The notes beneath the pieces were generated by a model. It was not told the origin of the DNA, ran no database searches, and was given only the letters and a program-made list of their open reading frames with translations. A stretch of 63,996 nucleotides of DNA, counting the filler, from Aduncisulcus paluster (taxonomy: Eukaryota): NCBI GenBank assembly GCA_024181965.1. It is 12 parts of 12 records of this genome, joined end to end, with 100 filler letters (N's around TTAATTAATTAA, not from the genome) between each part and the next. Parts side by side here need not be neighbours in the genome. Positions count along the whole stretch, not along the records: positions 15,323 to 27,036 come from BQXS01011823.1; positions 27,137 to 46,518 come from BQXS01011824.1; 10 more parts are not named here. The stretch is one strand, 5' to 3'. Made by a program: the position numbers and the translations under genes. This document shows, piece after piece, positions 21,623 through 35,614 of this stretch (position 1 is its first letter; every line of letters begins with the position of its first letter).

Positions 21623-24101
21623 ATGCTGATGTCCTTGCCAAGTTGCTTCTTCCATAGCCAAGGTGGATCAGCGATTGTGAATCGAAAGTGGAATCTATCT
21701 TATCCTTGCTGTTACCACTGTCCCCGTGATAACGCTAGGTTGAATCCTGTCAAATATTTTGATTTTATAACAGCACATGGGCTTCACGGGAAACATATTC
21801 AGGGTAGTATGCTTGGACTTTCAAAAGAATTCAAGGAAAAACATGAGAACTTCTCAAAAGTTGCTCTTCAATCCTTTTCTCCAACGATTAATCCAGAGAT
21901 TCTTGATTCATTGAAGACAATTCGTTCATGGTATTTGCTTGAGGATGAGAATCTTGAACGATTTAACCAATCACTGATTGCGCAAGGAATTGAATTGTAT
22001 TCTGATGTTTATGGTGAAATGTTGGCAAAAACATACACTCCATTCAGCTTTGTGTCTGGATTTCAGTTGTATGCAATGATGGTGACTGATGGAGCGGCTT
22101 TAAAAAGACCCTCGTTGGAAAATGAGCTTCTTGTTTCTGTAAAGAATGCAGGTTATTCTTGGTCACATATCTCCAATATTAACTTCTCATTCACATATGC
22201 AATATATTCAACCTTTCTTCCAATCATATACTCAAAAATGTCTTCAGATCTTTCAACTCTGGCGTATTGCCTTGATTATTTAACTGTTGATCTGTTTAGA
22301 TATTGTTTCCGAAGCTTCGTATGCAACAATACTCGCTTTTCCACTGAAATAATATTTCCCTATTCATCTTTGTTCGCCTCTGACGACAAGGAAATTCAGT
22401 GTTTGATGAAGCGTATGTTATATATTTCAAGCAACTTTATTGGAGGTTTAACAATACCAATCCAATGCTTGCCATTTATTCGGGACTCTGTGTCTCAATT
22501 TAGAGCGCTTTTATCCATCGATTCTCGAGATTTCAATTCAACTCCCTCCGATCTTGTTGATATGTTTAGAGTTTTTGCANNNNNNNNNNNNNNNNNNNNT
22601 TAGATATTGTTTCCGAAGCTTCGTATGCAACAATACTCGCTTTTCCACTGAAATAATATTTCCCTATTCATCTTTGTTCGCCTCTGACGACAAGGAAATT
22701 CAGTGTTTGATGAAGCGTATGTTATATATTTCAAGCAACTTTATTGGAGGTTTAACAATACCAATCCAATGCTTGCCATTTATTCGGGACTCTGTGTCTC
22801 AATTTAGAGCGCTTTTATCCATCGATTCTCGAGATTTCAATTCAACTCCCTCCGATCTTGTTGATATGTTTAGAGTTTTTGCACAAATTCCAACCATGAA
22901 TCAAATGTATTTCCATAATGTTTTAATACTCGATGGAGCAGAAAATTGGATAAAATCACGTTATTCGTTGTTAGGAATTGATGATTCAGTGTCGGATCGT
23001 GAATCATGTGTTCTTCCAGTCCTTTCAGATGAATTACTCTCTGAACCTTCTGACAAGCTTGCCTTGCCCATTTATGCGAATGAAAGTGGTCATCTTTTTT
23101 CAAAAGAGGGGAAATATCATCTCCCAACAAAAAAACCATTCCATTCTCAGGTGCCAATGTGGAATTTGTGTGTTCATAAAGACTCTCCATTTGAAAATTT
23201 AGAAGAGTTTCGTCTATGGGATATACATCCGGTAAATATTCGGAGTTTTATTAATTTATTGTTGATTCTTCAACAAATCTTGATCGATGCAAAGAAGATT
23301 AAAATGTTGTTGGTTTCAAAATTTCCTCGAGGTATTTCAGTGGAAAGTTTGCAACGGATCGACTGGAATTTTGTTGGAAACTGTATGTTTAGGCCAATAT
23401 CTCCTTCAATTCGGAGCTTAACGATTACGGACATTCCTTTAATTGAAAGATCCTTCTCTCAGCTCCTTCGCTGGGCTGAATCCAAACCAGTGTCACTTGA
23501 ATCGTTTGAGTTTAAGAGTCTTCCATGTGATTTCATGGGGAAGAATGTCCCAATAACAAGGGAGTACTATAATGAAATGATGAGAAATCCAGAAACCGTT
23601 GGAATGGTTGAAAACTTTCTCAGATTTCTAATTTTAGTTTTATCTCCAAGATTAAAAGACAGCTCCTCAAACCCTTCGACCTCACTTTCTTCTAAATTAT
23701 TGTCTCTTACCTTGACAAATTGTATTTATCTTGATATAATTCCTCGTTATCCTGTGTTATCTGATCTATTTAACACTCTTCTTGACAAAATCATGCCTTC
23801 TTGTCGACAACTTCACATTGTTGATTGTTTTGTTTCATTTGAATTTATAGATATGCTTGCCAAACACTTGGATAAAGGACATAACTTACAAATTTTGAAC
23901 ATAAACTTCTCGAAAAATGGTTTTGATCCAATAATTTTTAATGAAATTTCGAAGGAATGTACTATAAAGATGGTTACTACTCTTTTCCAACACACCAAAG
24001 AATATGGGAAAGATTTAAGTCATTTTGGTTTTCCTTCTCTTGATGTCAAGACAAAAGAACATATCATTGTCAAATTCCCTTGGGCTTTTGATGTTTTATA
24101 A
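21623..24101 (+). CDS. Hypothetical protein with degenerate LRR-like C-terminus; apparent frameshift is caused by a gap duplication
   Basis: 22296-22579 is repeated after the gap from 22600; LxxLxL-like motifs (IRSLTITD, LLSLTLTNC, CRQLHIVDC, LQILNINFS). Confidence 0.6.
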
Positions 24102-24122
24102 TGTCCATACATCAATGTAAGG

Positions 24123-24126
<4 letters not shown>

Positions 24127-24158
<32 letters not shown>
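24127..24158. repeat. (AT)16 microsatellite
   Basis: Read directly from the sequence. Confidence 0.95.
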
Positions 24159-24160
<2 letters not shown>

Positions 24161-24521
24161 CGAGGCAACGGTTCAATTTCATATGAGAGATCTATCTTCA
24201 TTCATTAGATTGGAATGGATATAGGACAGGACAGATGATGATAGTATGGTGTGAGTTCATGTGATATTGATGGAATCTAATAATTTATTATCTTATCATC
24301 TAAAAAAACAATTCCTAAACATTTCTTGAAAACAATTAACTAACACCCACTAACACTGTATATTTGTACAAAGGAAATGCAAGTGACGTTATAATTCTCT
24401 TCTTTACTGTATTTATTATTATTGTCACAGTGAAATTGTGATCCGTGTATGATTTGTATGTTGTGTTACAGATCCAAGTTATAAGTTATAATTTTAAATA
24501 TTTTATTAGATCTAACACTCC

Positions 24522-27036
24522 TCAATCCATGATTGGCATTGGACATACTTGGTGATCTTCTTCATTAATCTTATGTCTTTCAATAATCTTTGCTAAGAGG
24601 ACATTTTCCTCTGCGAACATCCTGATCATTCGTCCATATCGGATATAGAAAGTGATATAGAACAATATAAGAACCAATATTGTTAATCCTATCCATAACT
24701 CAAGGAATATAGAGTGTTTTCGCAGAGTAGAAATGGCTTCTTCAAGTAAATTTTTCTCTAAAGTGATCAATCCACCATAGATATCTCGAGGAATTGCAAA
24801 TTTCACAAACCCATATAAATCATCCGATTGTAAGGTTGCGAGTTCATCCTCTGAGGCCTGAGAAAGTGTGTACGCAGCATCAATGACTCTTCGAAGAGCG
24901 ATATCAAGACCGTGTGAGAGTTCCTCGTCATATTTAGTTGAAGGGCACGTGGAAGAGTCAGGTCTTAGACAAATTTCACTGAATAAAAGCTCGATAAACG
25001 TTTGATTTCCATGTTCATTNNNNNNNNNNNNNNNNNNNNAGAGTAGAAATGGCTTCTTCAAGTAAATTTTTCTCTAAAGTGATCAATCCACCATAGATAT
25101 CTCGAGGAATTGCAAATTTCACAAACCCATATAAAGCATCCGATTGTAAGGTTGCGAGTTCATCCTCTGAGGCCTGAGAAAGTGTGTACGCAGCATCAAT
25201 GACTCTTCGAAGAGCGATATCAAGACCGTGTGAGAGTTCCTCGTCATATTTAGTTGAAGGGCACGTGGAAGAGTCAGGTCTTAGACAAATTTCACTGAAT
25301 AAAAGCTCGATAAACGTTTGATTTCCATGTTCATTCACATCTTCAAAAGAAAATGAGGAAATAACATCATCGTTGGTGAATAAAGTATCATCATCTAGAC
25401 TTTCAAGCTCTTCCTTGGACATTCCATTGAGGAAAAGGTTATAGAAAAACTCAAATCGACTCACTCCATCAATCGCCAAGTCATTCCCAAGTGAATAGTA
25501 AGCTTCAGACTCCGTGTCAGTTGTGGCAAACTCAGTCATACCTTCAATTTGATATACGAGACCAGAATAAACATCAATAACGGAATGAGTAACGAAAGAA
25601 AAGGAGTACAGTCGAGCCATTTTTTCTCTTGAATCAGCAAGGATTTGGAAAGATAGGAGATCCATGAAGATAAAGAAGGTCATCAAAGCCACCCACCAAA
25701 TCAATAGCATACACATTCTAGGAATGGCAAGGACAATGGAGCATTTGAGCTCAATATCATTCGAATGATCATCTGGATCCTTCTGTAAAGGTTCCATACC
25801 AAACCCACCGGGAGTAAAGGGAGTAAAAGCAACACCGAGGGAAGATCCAGGTTCAGAGGTCACATTTGATTTGTTACGACGGACTGGACTTCCAATATCA
25901 TTGAAATATTGTACATCACCACCGTCTTCACCTTCAAGCATGGCAAGAATATCTCTTCCAGACTCATCTTCTTCCTCTTCCTCTTGCTTTTGTTCTTCTT
26001 CTTCCCTCTGTTCTTCCTCAGTATTAAATTTGGGTTCACTTTCTTGTTCATGAATAAATGATATTTCTCCTTGTTTCTCATCAAGAGGTGTTCTATTTTT
26101 AGATATTGGAATGAATGAATCAAAGTCAGGATGTTCCTGGAGGAGATCGCCCTCGTACTCATGGTTTGAATCTGTATGTAGATGAGGAATAGTCTCATCA
26201 TAATGTCCAGAATCAGAGGCAAACAGATGAGAATTGGGATTATTCACATCGAAAGATCCTTCTTCTTCTTTCTCTCCTTTATGTTCTCTCTCCTCTTCCT
26301 CCTCTTCTTCCTCTTCTACTTCCTCTTCCTCCTCTTCTTCTTCTACTTCTTGACGTTTCCTCCTTTCCTTTTGAAGCATATCAAGAAATGCCATCCTATT
26401 CTTTCCCATAGAATCAACAGAGGAAGCAGGAATAATGGTGGTTCCGGGACTCTGATATCCATTTTTAGATTTGTGAGAAACAGTTGTCGTGTCACCGACA
26501 TCAGCAGATTCATCCACTTGCTGCTCTCCCTTTTTAGAACGTGAGAAACTACTACTCTGGTTTTGTTTTTTAGCAACCCGAATTGCAATAACCGAATCAT
26601 TGGAATTATTCTTTTTCACTCCTGAAAAACGTCCGATTGTCTTTGTACTTTGAGTTATATCTGAACCAGGAAGAGCACTTGCAGACTTTGAGAATGAAGA
26701 CTTTCCAAAGTGGTATCCTTTCTCACTCATTCTCAAATTCTTGAATAAACCTCCTTGTTCTTCTTCTTCTTCCTCTTCCTCTTCCTCTTCTTCCTCTTCC
26801 TCTTCTTCTTCCTCTCTCCCTCTTTCTCTTTCTCTTTCTCTTTGTTCCTCTGTAGATTTTTCCTTCTCTTCTTCTGATTCTGATCGATCAGACTCTGATT
26901 CTTGATCATCTGATTCGGAATCATCAGTGCCATTCATGAAACTCTTAAAGAACGCTTCATCATCTATCATTTCTTGATCTTTTGCTTCTTCCTCTATTTG
27001 CAATCCATTACGAAGAGCTCCTCCTCCTCTTCCTCC
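24522..27036 (-). CDS. Hypothetical membrane protein with poly-E tracts, 5'-partial
   Basis: Open from the contig end; two hydrophobic segments (MCMLLIWWVALMTFFIFM; IFLELWIGLTILVLILFYITFYI); 24724-25019 repeated at 25040-25335 across the gap. Confidence 0.7.
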
Positions 27037-27137
27037 NNNNNNNNNNNNNNNNNNNNNNNNNNNNNNNNNNNNNNNNNNNNTTAATTAATTAANNNNNNNN
27101 NNNNNNNNNNNNNNNNNNNNNNNNNNNNNNNNNNNNC

Positions 27138-30100
27138 AAACTCAATATTCCAGCCCATGTCATGTTCTCCCACTCTTCCTCCTCCTCCTCTCCATCATTC
27201 TTGCCCACTCTATTCTTCCACGCTGTCCACACTCATATCCACTGTTTGTCCACAGTCTTTTCACAGTCTGCCTCCATGTCCCTTGCAGTGATGACTCCAC
27301 CCGCTGTATCTCCGGTTGCCCTCTTTTTATTCCTCTCTTCCTTGCCTTCTCTCCTGCTGCACCCTCTGTTGTGGGCTGAGCAAGTAGGGGGATTCCAGAT
27401 ACCTGTCAACCGTGAGGCCGAGCCCATGTTCGACGATGTTGGAGAGAAGAAAGAGAAAGAAGAGGAGGAAGATGTGAATGATGATGATCTGAATGAGGCA
27501 GAACCTGGAATTTCTGAGCAATTCTCTCAACAACACCCAGCTACTTCCTCATCAGCCTCTAGCTCTGATTCTGTCATCTCTCATTTTCATCCAGGTGTTT
27601 CATCTGAGCTTATTTCTGCCATGTTCAGTTCATCAACATCTTTTTATCTCTTCAAGAAGAGTTCCATCCCCATGGGGACCTCATTATTTATTATTATAAC
27701 CCCTTCATTATCTTCATACGGGTCTGCACAAACCTGTGGTATCCCTCTGCCTCCTTCTCCCTTCTCCTCTGGAGTTGTTACGAGTCCCTATCCCGGTGTA
27801 CTGTGCGTGAGTATGGATGTCATAGAGATTATTGTGAAGAACAGCAAGAGAACATGGGTTGAAAAGGATAGGCTGATTAAAGAACATAGCGATCCTCTCA
27901 TGAGTGTTGGTCTGGGGAAAGTAAGAACAGCCACTGGATCCACTGTTGGTGATGCTTCCTCAACAATATCTGCTTCTGCACCATCACAACCTACCAAAGT
28001 GTCCTCCATTTCGCCCACTGAGCACCATCTCGTTGAATTGGCCCATGAACTGAGACATGTGTCCGATTTAACTGAATATTTGTCCGCCACTTCCTCCGCC
28101 ATTCGAGAGAATTCCCTTGAATTCACTCTGATTCGTGCACAAATGTGTGAATGTATGGTGAATATGGCCGTCCTTGATGGCCTTTCTGAGTGGGTGAGAG
28201 AAGAGGGAGAGTGGAGCAGGAAAGAGCGAGGAAAGAGAGTTGGCCGTCTGAAGTCAACAGGTTCCTCAGTTCCATTGATCAGCTCTCAAGAGTGGGACAT
28301 GTTCTCTTACATTCATCCGTGCGAACTGACACCCTTGTCAACAATACCAAACCCCTTTTCTGCCCATAATAAGAAACAAGGGAGGTCTTTGTCACCCATA
28401 TTCCACCATCCTCTGCTCTGTTCCCTCTCCTCTCTCCTCTCTTCCTCCCTCTTTGTCCTACCCTTTCTAAGGTCGACCCTCTCTCTCCTCTTTGTATCAC
28501 ATCTGTGTGGTGACAATGTCCTTACAGTGTGTGTCGAACGCATGGCAGAGGCTGAGAGTGCATGTGTGAGGGAGAAAGGATTCGGTATATGGGGGGCTGA
28601 TACCACGGCGGCCGAAAGAATCCACGGCATGAAGGGAACTGCGAAAGGAATGCTCTTTCGGTGGAGATGGGGTTTAGATGGATCTATCTCAGCTTCTACA
28701 AAGAAAGAATATACTGAATTAGCTCAAAAAGTAGCGTCTACAGCCGATGATAAAGCTGGTGATTCAATTGATTCGAAACAAACCATTTCAAGTTATGATA
28801 AGATGTTTGAGTCCCTTCCTCACTCATTGTTCTCTTCTACTGTTCACCCACTTGCTATGCCCTCTCCTTCCTCTCTCTCTCCTTCTGCCCTCTCTCAACC
28901 CCCAAAGTGGTGGGAAAAGGGACAATCTGTGTACTCCATGCGCTGTGAGATCAGGACATCATTGATGTCTCTGTTTATTGCAAGGCATTCGGAGAGTGGA
29001 GAGAGTTTCATTGGCTGTGTAAAAGAGATATTCACTGAACTGTGCAAGAGTAAGAGGTCAGGGGGAGCTCAGAAGTATGTGGAGGACTTTAATGTCGGTT
29101 CTGTGTCTCTTTCTGCTGGTGGAATGGGTGAGGATATGTGGAGTATTCTAAGCGAATGCATTTGTCACGATAGAGATGAGGTTAGACAGTGCTTGCATTT
29201 CCTCCTCCACAAGATATCAACACCCAAGATGGGCTCAGATATAAAGTCTGAGTCAAATACTTTCTGCTCTGGTGGAAGACATGGCCGTCCGACCACATCT
29301 CGTGAGAAGAACGATAAGAAACTCCATGTCACAGTCGAATCCAAGGTGTTTGGCTGTGGGGAAGATGGTCTAATGCCCTGTGGAGTTGGAGTGAGAATAG
29401 AAAGCTGGTTGAACCACACTGTGACAGAACGGAGAATGGAGAATTGGCAAGTCAAGGGAATGCTGAAGGATTCAAAAGATGCCAAGAAGAAAGAGGCGCT
29501 GAAGAAGAACCCAAGGGCTAAGACTCCGAAACCTAAACCCATGGAACGTCGTTCTTCCTCTTCCACGTCTTCCTCTGTCTCTGTTCCCTCACATGCCACA
29601 CCAGTATCTGCTCTTCTCTTCCTTACCCCCTTTTCAATGAAGCCATTTTACGCCATATCTCCTTTCCAATCGGTTGATAGGCAACGAATAGTTAAAGGAG
29701 ATCGTGGGAACAGATCTATCGTTTCTACATCTGTCCCAGACTTCCTCACAAAAACCACTTCTTCCACCCAACTTCTCAAGGTATCTTCAATGATTCCTCT
29801 CGACCCCAAATATCCCTCTAGCTCCCTCAAGGACGACCTTCAATGTAAAGAAACGAAGAATAAGGAGCGTGTGATTGGAATTATGCATATTATCCGCGAA
29901 AAGAAAGGAGAGATTTTGACTGATGCTTTCGATGGAGATGACGAAATGAGGCGAAGAGTGAAAGAAGAGAGTCTCGCCAAATGCGGGCGATTGAGGGAAA
30001 GTGTGAGTTTTGTGGGAGAAGTTGGGTTTATCGACTGGGATATTTCTCCCGTTGGACCGACAAGGGTCTGCATGTTCGTTAGTATTCCTCTCCTTACAAA

Positions 30101-33100
30101 GTCCTTCTCAGACATGTCTAACCTTGACCTTATGTTTGTCCATTGTGACATTATGAGAAAGCTACCGTTTGTGCGTATTTCGACCAATAACCTCGTTGAA
30201 TGTGCCGTTCGAAGTATTGCTGAGGGTCTTTCATATCATTTAGTCGTCGATGGAATTGAATGTCTCAGAAAAGCTATCACTTTCCTTGCCAACCCTGCCA
30301 AAAGGTTGCAAGAAGATACGACGGAACCATTATATAGTGTCTTGGGCATGAAACGTGATGAGGCTCTGCAATATGAGCGTGATGTGTTGATGAGCATTGC
30401 TGGAAAGATCGAGGTCCCTCTTGCAAGTCGTGTTGAGGCCACCTATGCTCTTTTCTCCACTATACATTCTGGAGAGCATCTTAAGTCATGTGGAGCCTAT
30501 AACTTTGCCATGAGTTGTGTCAAGAACGTTATATTATTCCCTAACCAGCCCCTTTACCGAGCTAAAGTGCTTTTCGCTGGACATGTGATGGATGCTCTTG
30601 CTTGCGTTCGTTTTGGAAGGATGGAAGTTGGTGGATGTGGAAGTCTGGGGAAAACAGAAAGAGACCAATGGGTATCCAAAACAAAACCACAAAAGGACGA
30701 TTCTCTCTTCACTCCATCTTCCTCTCCATCGTCATACACGATGCCGTCAAGATATCTTTCTAATTATTACACTCCTCCTCTGGTAATCGACTTGATGATC
30801 TCTTTGACGAGAGAGATATTCTCGTCGATGCCCTCAACCTCTGAGGAATCAATTCTCCTCCTCAGCCGTGCTCTAGTTGCTCTCGGAAGAGTCAGAACAG
30901 ACAGGTCTGAGTTTCTAGTAGTAATTCTCAAGATCTGCACCGCTGTTCTTGCCAGATGTAGTATTTTCCCTTCTTCTCCTTCTTCTCTAATCTGTGCAAC
31001 AATCCAATGCCTGTCAAGCACTCTAATCGGGATTGGAATGCATGAGCTGGAGGACGCGACCTTCTGTGATATAGTTCGTCAGTTTATTGGAATGAAGAAA
31101 AAACACAAGAAAGAGGAAGGAGAGAAAGAAGAGGAAGAGGATAAACATGTGAGTGTGGATTGCCCTCATCCTTTGTCTCGTTCCAATCTATCTGATACGA
31201 ATGATGTATACACCGTTTCGCTTGGACTGTTATGTAGTCTTGCCCACTCAAGACATACCACTGCCGTGCGTTCATGTGCTCTGAAATGTCTGACAACTAT
31301 GACAAGAGCACTCGGGCATATTGAAGGAATGAGATACGGAATCTGTGGAATCCAAGGTCTTTCCTCCCTTTCTGGGTCTTGCGAGTTGACAGGAAAATCG
31401 TTGGAGAAGGCTGTAAATGAATGGAAGAATTACATTGAACATTGGAAAGAAATCTCAAGCAAAGAGGAAGAGAAAGAGAAGAAACAGAAAGATGAGGAAG
31501 AAGAGGATTTCTCCATGGCTTCTTCGGTGCCTTTCTCAATGGAGCGACAGAAGAGAACTTTTACAACTAAACATCACTGTTCATTGATGTATTTCATGCT
31601 TGGTATGCGGCGGATTGCTCTCAATTCATTGCAATATGCCTCCAGCATTGGTGACATTTTCGACTGTGTTGGTGGATCTTTACCCATATCTGCCCAAGAA
31701 TATATTACAGATGTGTATGCTGACTTTTCTATTATTGAGCGAGTATTCCCAGATTCCTTGCCCCTTTGTAGTGTGGAAATCTCTCATTCGCAACGCACTC
31801 TCACCATATTCAAGTCTCTCATTGGTGTGTACCAGAAAGCCATAGTTATTCCATCTATCGTATTATCTCATGCTCTACTTACGATCATGAACAACTTCGC
31901 TGTCCCACATTCCCTCGTTCGCTCAGCATGTGTATCTTCCAGTCTGTTATTGACTCCTCTTGGAAATGTCCAGATGAGTGTTACCCTTCCCATTCTACTG
32001 GAGGTCTGTATGGTTGGATATCAACCTTTGTTCCCGCATGCACCTCAGAGCTTTGCTGGGCCTTCCCATGCTTCCTGTGTTAAAGATTTCTTCTACAGCA
32101 ATCCGTCTTTGTACCTCGAACGTGGACTTGTTGACGGGAATGGTCGAAGAAAAGGAGAAGANNNNNNNNNNNNNNNNNNNNCCTCTTGGAAATGTCCAGA
32201 TGAGTGTTACCCTTCCCATTCTACTGGAGGTCTGTATGGTTGGATATCAACCTTTGTTCCCGCATGCACCTCAGAGCTTTGCTGGGCCTTCCCATGCTTC
32301 CTGTGTTAAAGATTTCTTCTACAGCAATCCGTCTTTGTACCTCGAACGTGGACTTGTTGACGGGAATGGTCGAAGAAAAGGAGAAGAGCAAGAAAGAGAA
32401 GAGAGAGAGGAAAAAGAGGAAGAAAAAGATGTTCTCATGAAGGTTATCGACCGTGAGAAGAAGATACATACCAACGATAGTGCAGAAATGTTCTCACTTC
32501 CATCTTCTGAGTGCATGCTCTCTCCTTCTTCCGTGATGTCAACAACTTCCTTGCGACCATCTTCAACAATTCTCTTCGATTCTATATGCACTGCTTGTAA
32601 CTGTGGAGGCATGTGTGGGTGTGTGGGCAAAGAATTGAGGGAAAGAGCAAAGGAAAAGCGTAGGAATAGTGTTCGTCCAAGCTCTAGAGTTCCTGTGAAA
32701 GAACAGAGAAGTGAAGAAGGGAAATCAATGAAATCAACCGAATCTATGGGTTTGGAATCCCAACGTTCTTTGGAACACGAAGAGAAGAAGAATGTTTTTG
32801 TCTTGGATAACGATAGGAAACAGAAACTTTCAACTTATTCGCTTCCAAATATGCTTCCTCTCAAAGATATCCCAAACTCTCCTCATGGTCTATTTTTAGA
32901 GTTTCTCATTCGAAATGTTTCTCATTCCATGGATGATTTCGGCCACGTCTGCATATCTTCACGTCAAGCCCTCCGTGAGATGGTATCGTGTTACTTTTCC
33001 TTTGTATTCGATAGAGGTTCAATGCCTTGTTGGGAAGGCTGTGTTGGTGAGGTGATATCTCTTCTATGTCGTCTTTTCCCCAGCAGTGCCATCCTCTCTC

Positions 33101-34381
33101 CTTCTCCTTCTTCTTCTTCTNNNNNNNNNNNNNNNNNNNNTTCTTTGGAACACGAAGAGAAGAAGAATGTTTTTGTCTTGGATAACGATAGGAAACAGAA
33201 ACTTTCAACTTATTCGCTTCCAAATATGCTTCCTCTCAAAGATATCCCAAACTCTCCTCATGGTCTATTTTTAGAGTTTCTCATTCGAAATGTTTCTCAT
33301 TCCATGGATGATTTCGGCCACGTCTGCATATCTTCACGTCAAGCCCTCCGTGAGATGGTATCGTGTTACTTTTCCTTTGTATTCGATAGAGGTTCAATGC
33401 CTTGTTGGGAAGGATGTGTTGGTGAGGTGATATCTCTTCTATGTCGTCTTTTCCCCAGCAGTGCCATCCTCTCTCCTTCTCCCTTCTTCTTCTTCTGCTG
33501 CTGCTGCGAAAGGATTGCTCAGATCCGAAAGAGAAGAAGAAGATAAGGTTGACGCTCTCTTTGTTCGAGAAGAAACTGAGTTTAACAGGCGTGTAAGTGT
33601 TCGTGAGCAAGTGTGTGCCTGGGTTGTCAATCAATTGAAGCGCCGCGTGACTCCTCCACCACAGCCCTTGAAGAAACGTCCAGCTGTGAAAATCGAAGAT
33701 ATCTCCGTGAAAAAGGAACAAAGTCGCTCAAGAAGCAGTATGGGGATTAGTCAAACTCCAAGAAGCCATTCTTCGACTTCATTTGTGTCAATTCAGTCTC
33801 CAGCTGTTCGTTCTCCCCCGAAGAGAACTCTTTCTGGACGCAAGAAAGTCAAAGTATTCATTGAGTCTCCGAGTATGGGAAAAGTCGTTGTTTTCGACGA
33901 TTGGTTGGATTTGATCGATGAAGAAGATTCCATCGAGGAGGTTCCAAAAACATCTCCCCCAGTTTCTTTCCTTAAGAGCTCTCATTTCCCAAGAAGTGTG
34001 CCATCTTCAACAACTTCCTCCGTTACCACACCTATGAAACGAAGAGTATCCTCTCCTTCTAGGAGTGTTGCTTCTCCAACGACTATCTCATTCAGTCCAA
34101 AAATAGGTGATGTGAGTGAATCGGATCATTCCTCGTTGAAGCGTCCAAGTCCCGTATTGTCTTCGAAATCTTCAACAACTGTTACCTTTGCAATGCCAAA
34201 GCCTTCGTCCAAACTTGCCACCGTCAGTTCCTTACCTATGGCACCAGCAACTCCGTCTGTGTCCACTCCAAGAGCTTCTTTCAACCCTCCTCCCCCACCT
34301 CCACCACCTCCTCCCCCACCTCACTCCCCACCACCCAGATCAGCCACAAGTTCAAAACTATCTTTCTTTGATCCAAAATAA
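27138..34381 (+). CDS. Very large protein, 5'-partial; possible divergent TFIID subunit TAF2
   Basis: Becomes one ORF after collapsing two gap duplications (31956-32161, 32766-33120) and one extra C near 33481; weak ordered similarity to TAF2 (FVHCDIMRKL, LASRVEATYAL, MDALACVR...TPPLVIDLMISL, AVRSCALKCL); S/P-rich tail. Confidence 0.45.
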
Positions 34382-34653
34382 GAATATGGTCAAAATTTAC
34401 GAAATTATTGTTAAAACTTGTATTGAGAAACTCAGTCAGCAATATTTGATTAATATTTATTCGTCATATCCCGATTTATGATCATGAAATGCAATATCAA
34501 TGATATCGCAATAATTCAATAAAATATTCAGGTTAAATAAATACTGGTAAGCATTTGAAATTTTTTTATCCGTCAGTTTTGTTGATAAAGCTCATACTAA
34601 AAGCAGGAGCTTCTCACTCGATCATCATCAAGTTTTTGCTAACTCTATTTATC

Positions 34654-35493
34654 ATGCCTAGATTATTCCTTGGTGGTAACCACAAATGTGTATGTTTATC
34701 TATTTTATTATCAATATTCCATTCTAATTTTTCGACACTTATTTTTTTCGTTCTTTATTATTTTTAGACCGGAACTATTGGTTCTCTCAAAACCCTTTTG
34801 GCCCAATTTGCTGAAAAATCCATTCCTGAAGACATCGATTTCGTTGTTGCTCCTTCAATGATGCATCTTCCTCTTGCCGTCGAAGAAGCCAAGGCTCCTA
34901 TCCAAATTTCAGCTCAAAACTGTTATTTCAAGAAAGGAGCTTTCACTGGTGAGACAAACATTGAGCAAATCAAGGATATCGGTCTTGAATGGGTTATCCT
35001 TGGTCACTCTGAACGTCGTCATGTTTTTGGTGAGTCCCATGAGCTCATTGCCACCAAGACAAAGACCGCTATTGAGGCTGGACTTAAAGTAATCTACTGT
35101 GTTGGTGAGACCCTTGAAGAGAAGGAGGCTGGAAAGACTGAAGAGGTCTGTGCTGGTCAGCTTGAGGCCATTGGTAAAGTTCTCACTGAGGAGCAATGGA
35201 AATCTGTTGTTATTGCCGTTGAGCCTGTTTATGCCATTGGTACCGGTGTTGCTGCCACTCCCGAGAGTGCTCAGTCAACCAACGCTTTCTGCCGTAAGTG
35301 GGTCAGTGAACACGTGTCTGCTGCCATCGCTAAAGATATTTCCATCGCTTACGGTGGATCCGTCAAGCCTTCAAACGCTGAGGAACTCTCCAGACAACCC
35401 GATATCGACGGTTTCCTTGTTGGTGGAGCTTCTACATCTCCTGCTTTCTTGGAGATTATGGAGATTCTCGTCAAGGTTAAGGCTACTCTTTAA
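34654..35493 (+). CDS. TPI1: Triosephosphate isomerase; exon 1 34654-34689, intron 34690-34767
   Basis: MPRLFLGGNHKC|TG, AQNCY..KGAFTGE, WVILGHSERRH, CVGETLEE, EPVYAIGTG, YGGSVKPSN, DIDGFLVGGAS. Confidence 0.97.
34690..34767 (+). other. Spliceosomal intron, 78 nt, phase 0
   Basis: GTATGT...TTTTTAG; splicing restores the catalytic Lys motif in frame. Confidence 0.92.
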
Positions 35494-35614
35494 TAAATAA
35501 ACTGCTGTTGGTCATTGTATTTTTTATTTTGTTTTTTTTACTTGACTATGGAAATAGTCGACTATTCGTTCAAAAAGGTCGAAATTCGTTTTTTGCCTGA
35601 AATTATAAGATCCA

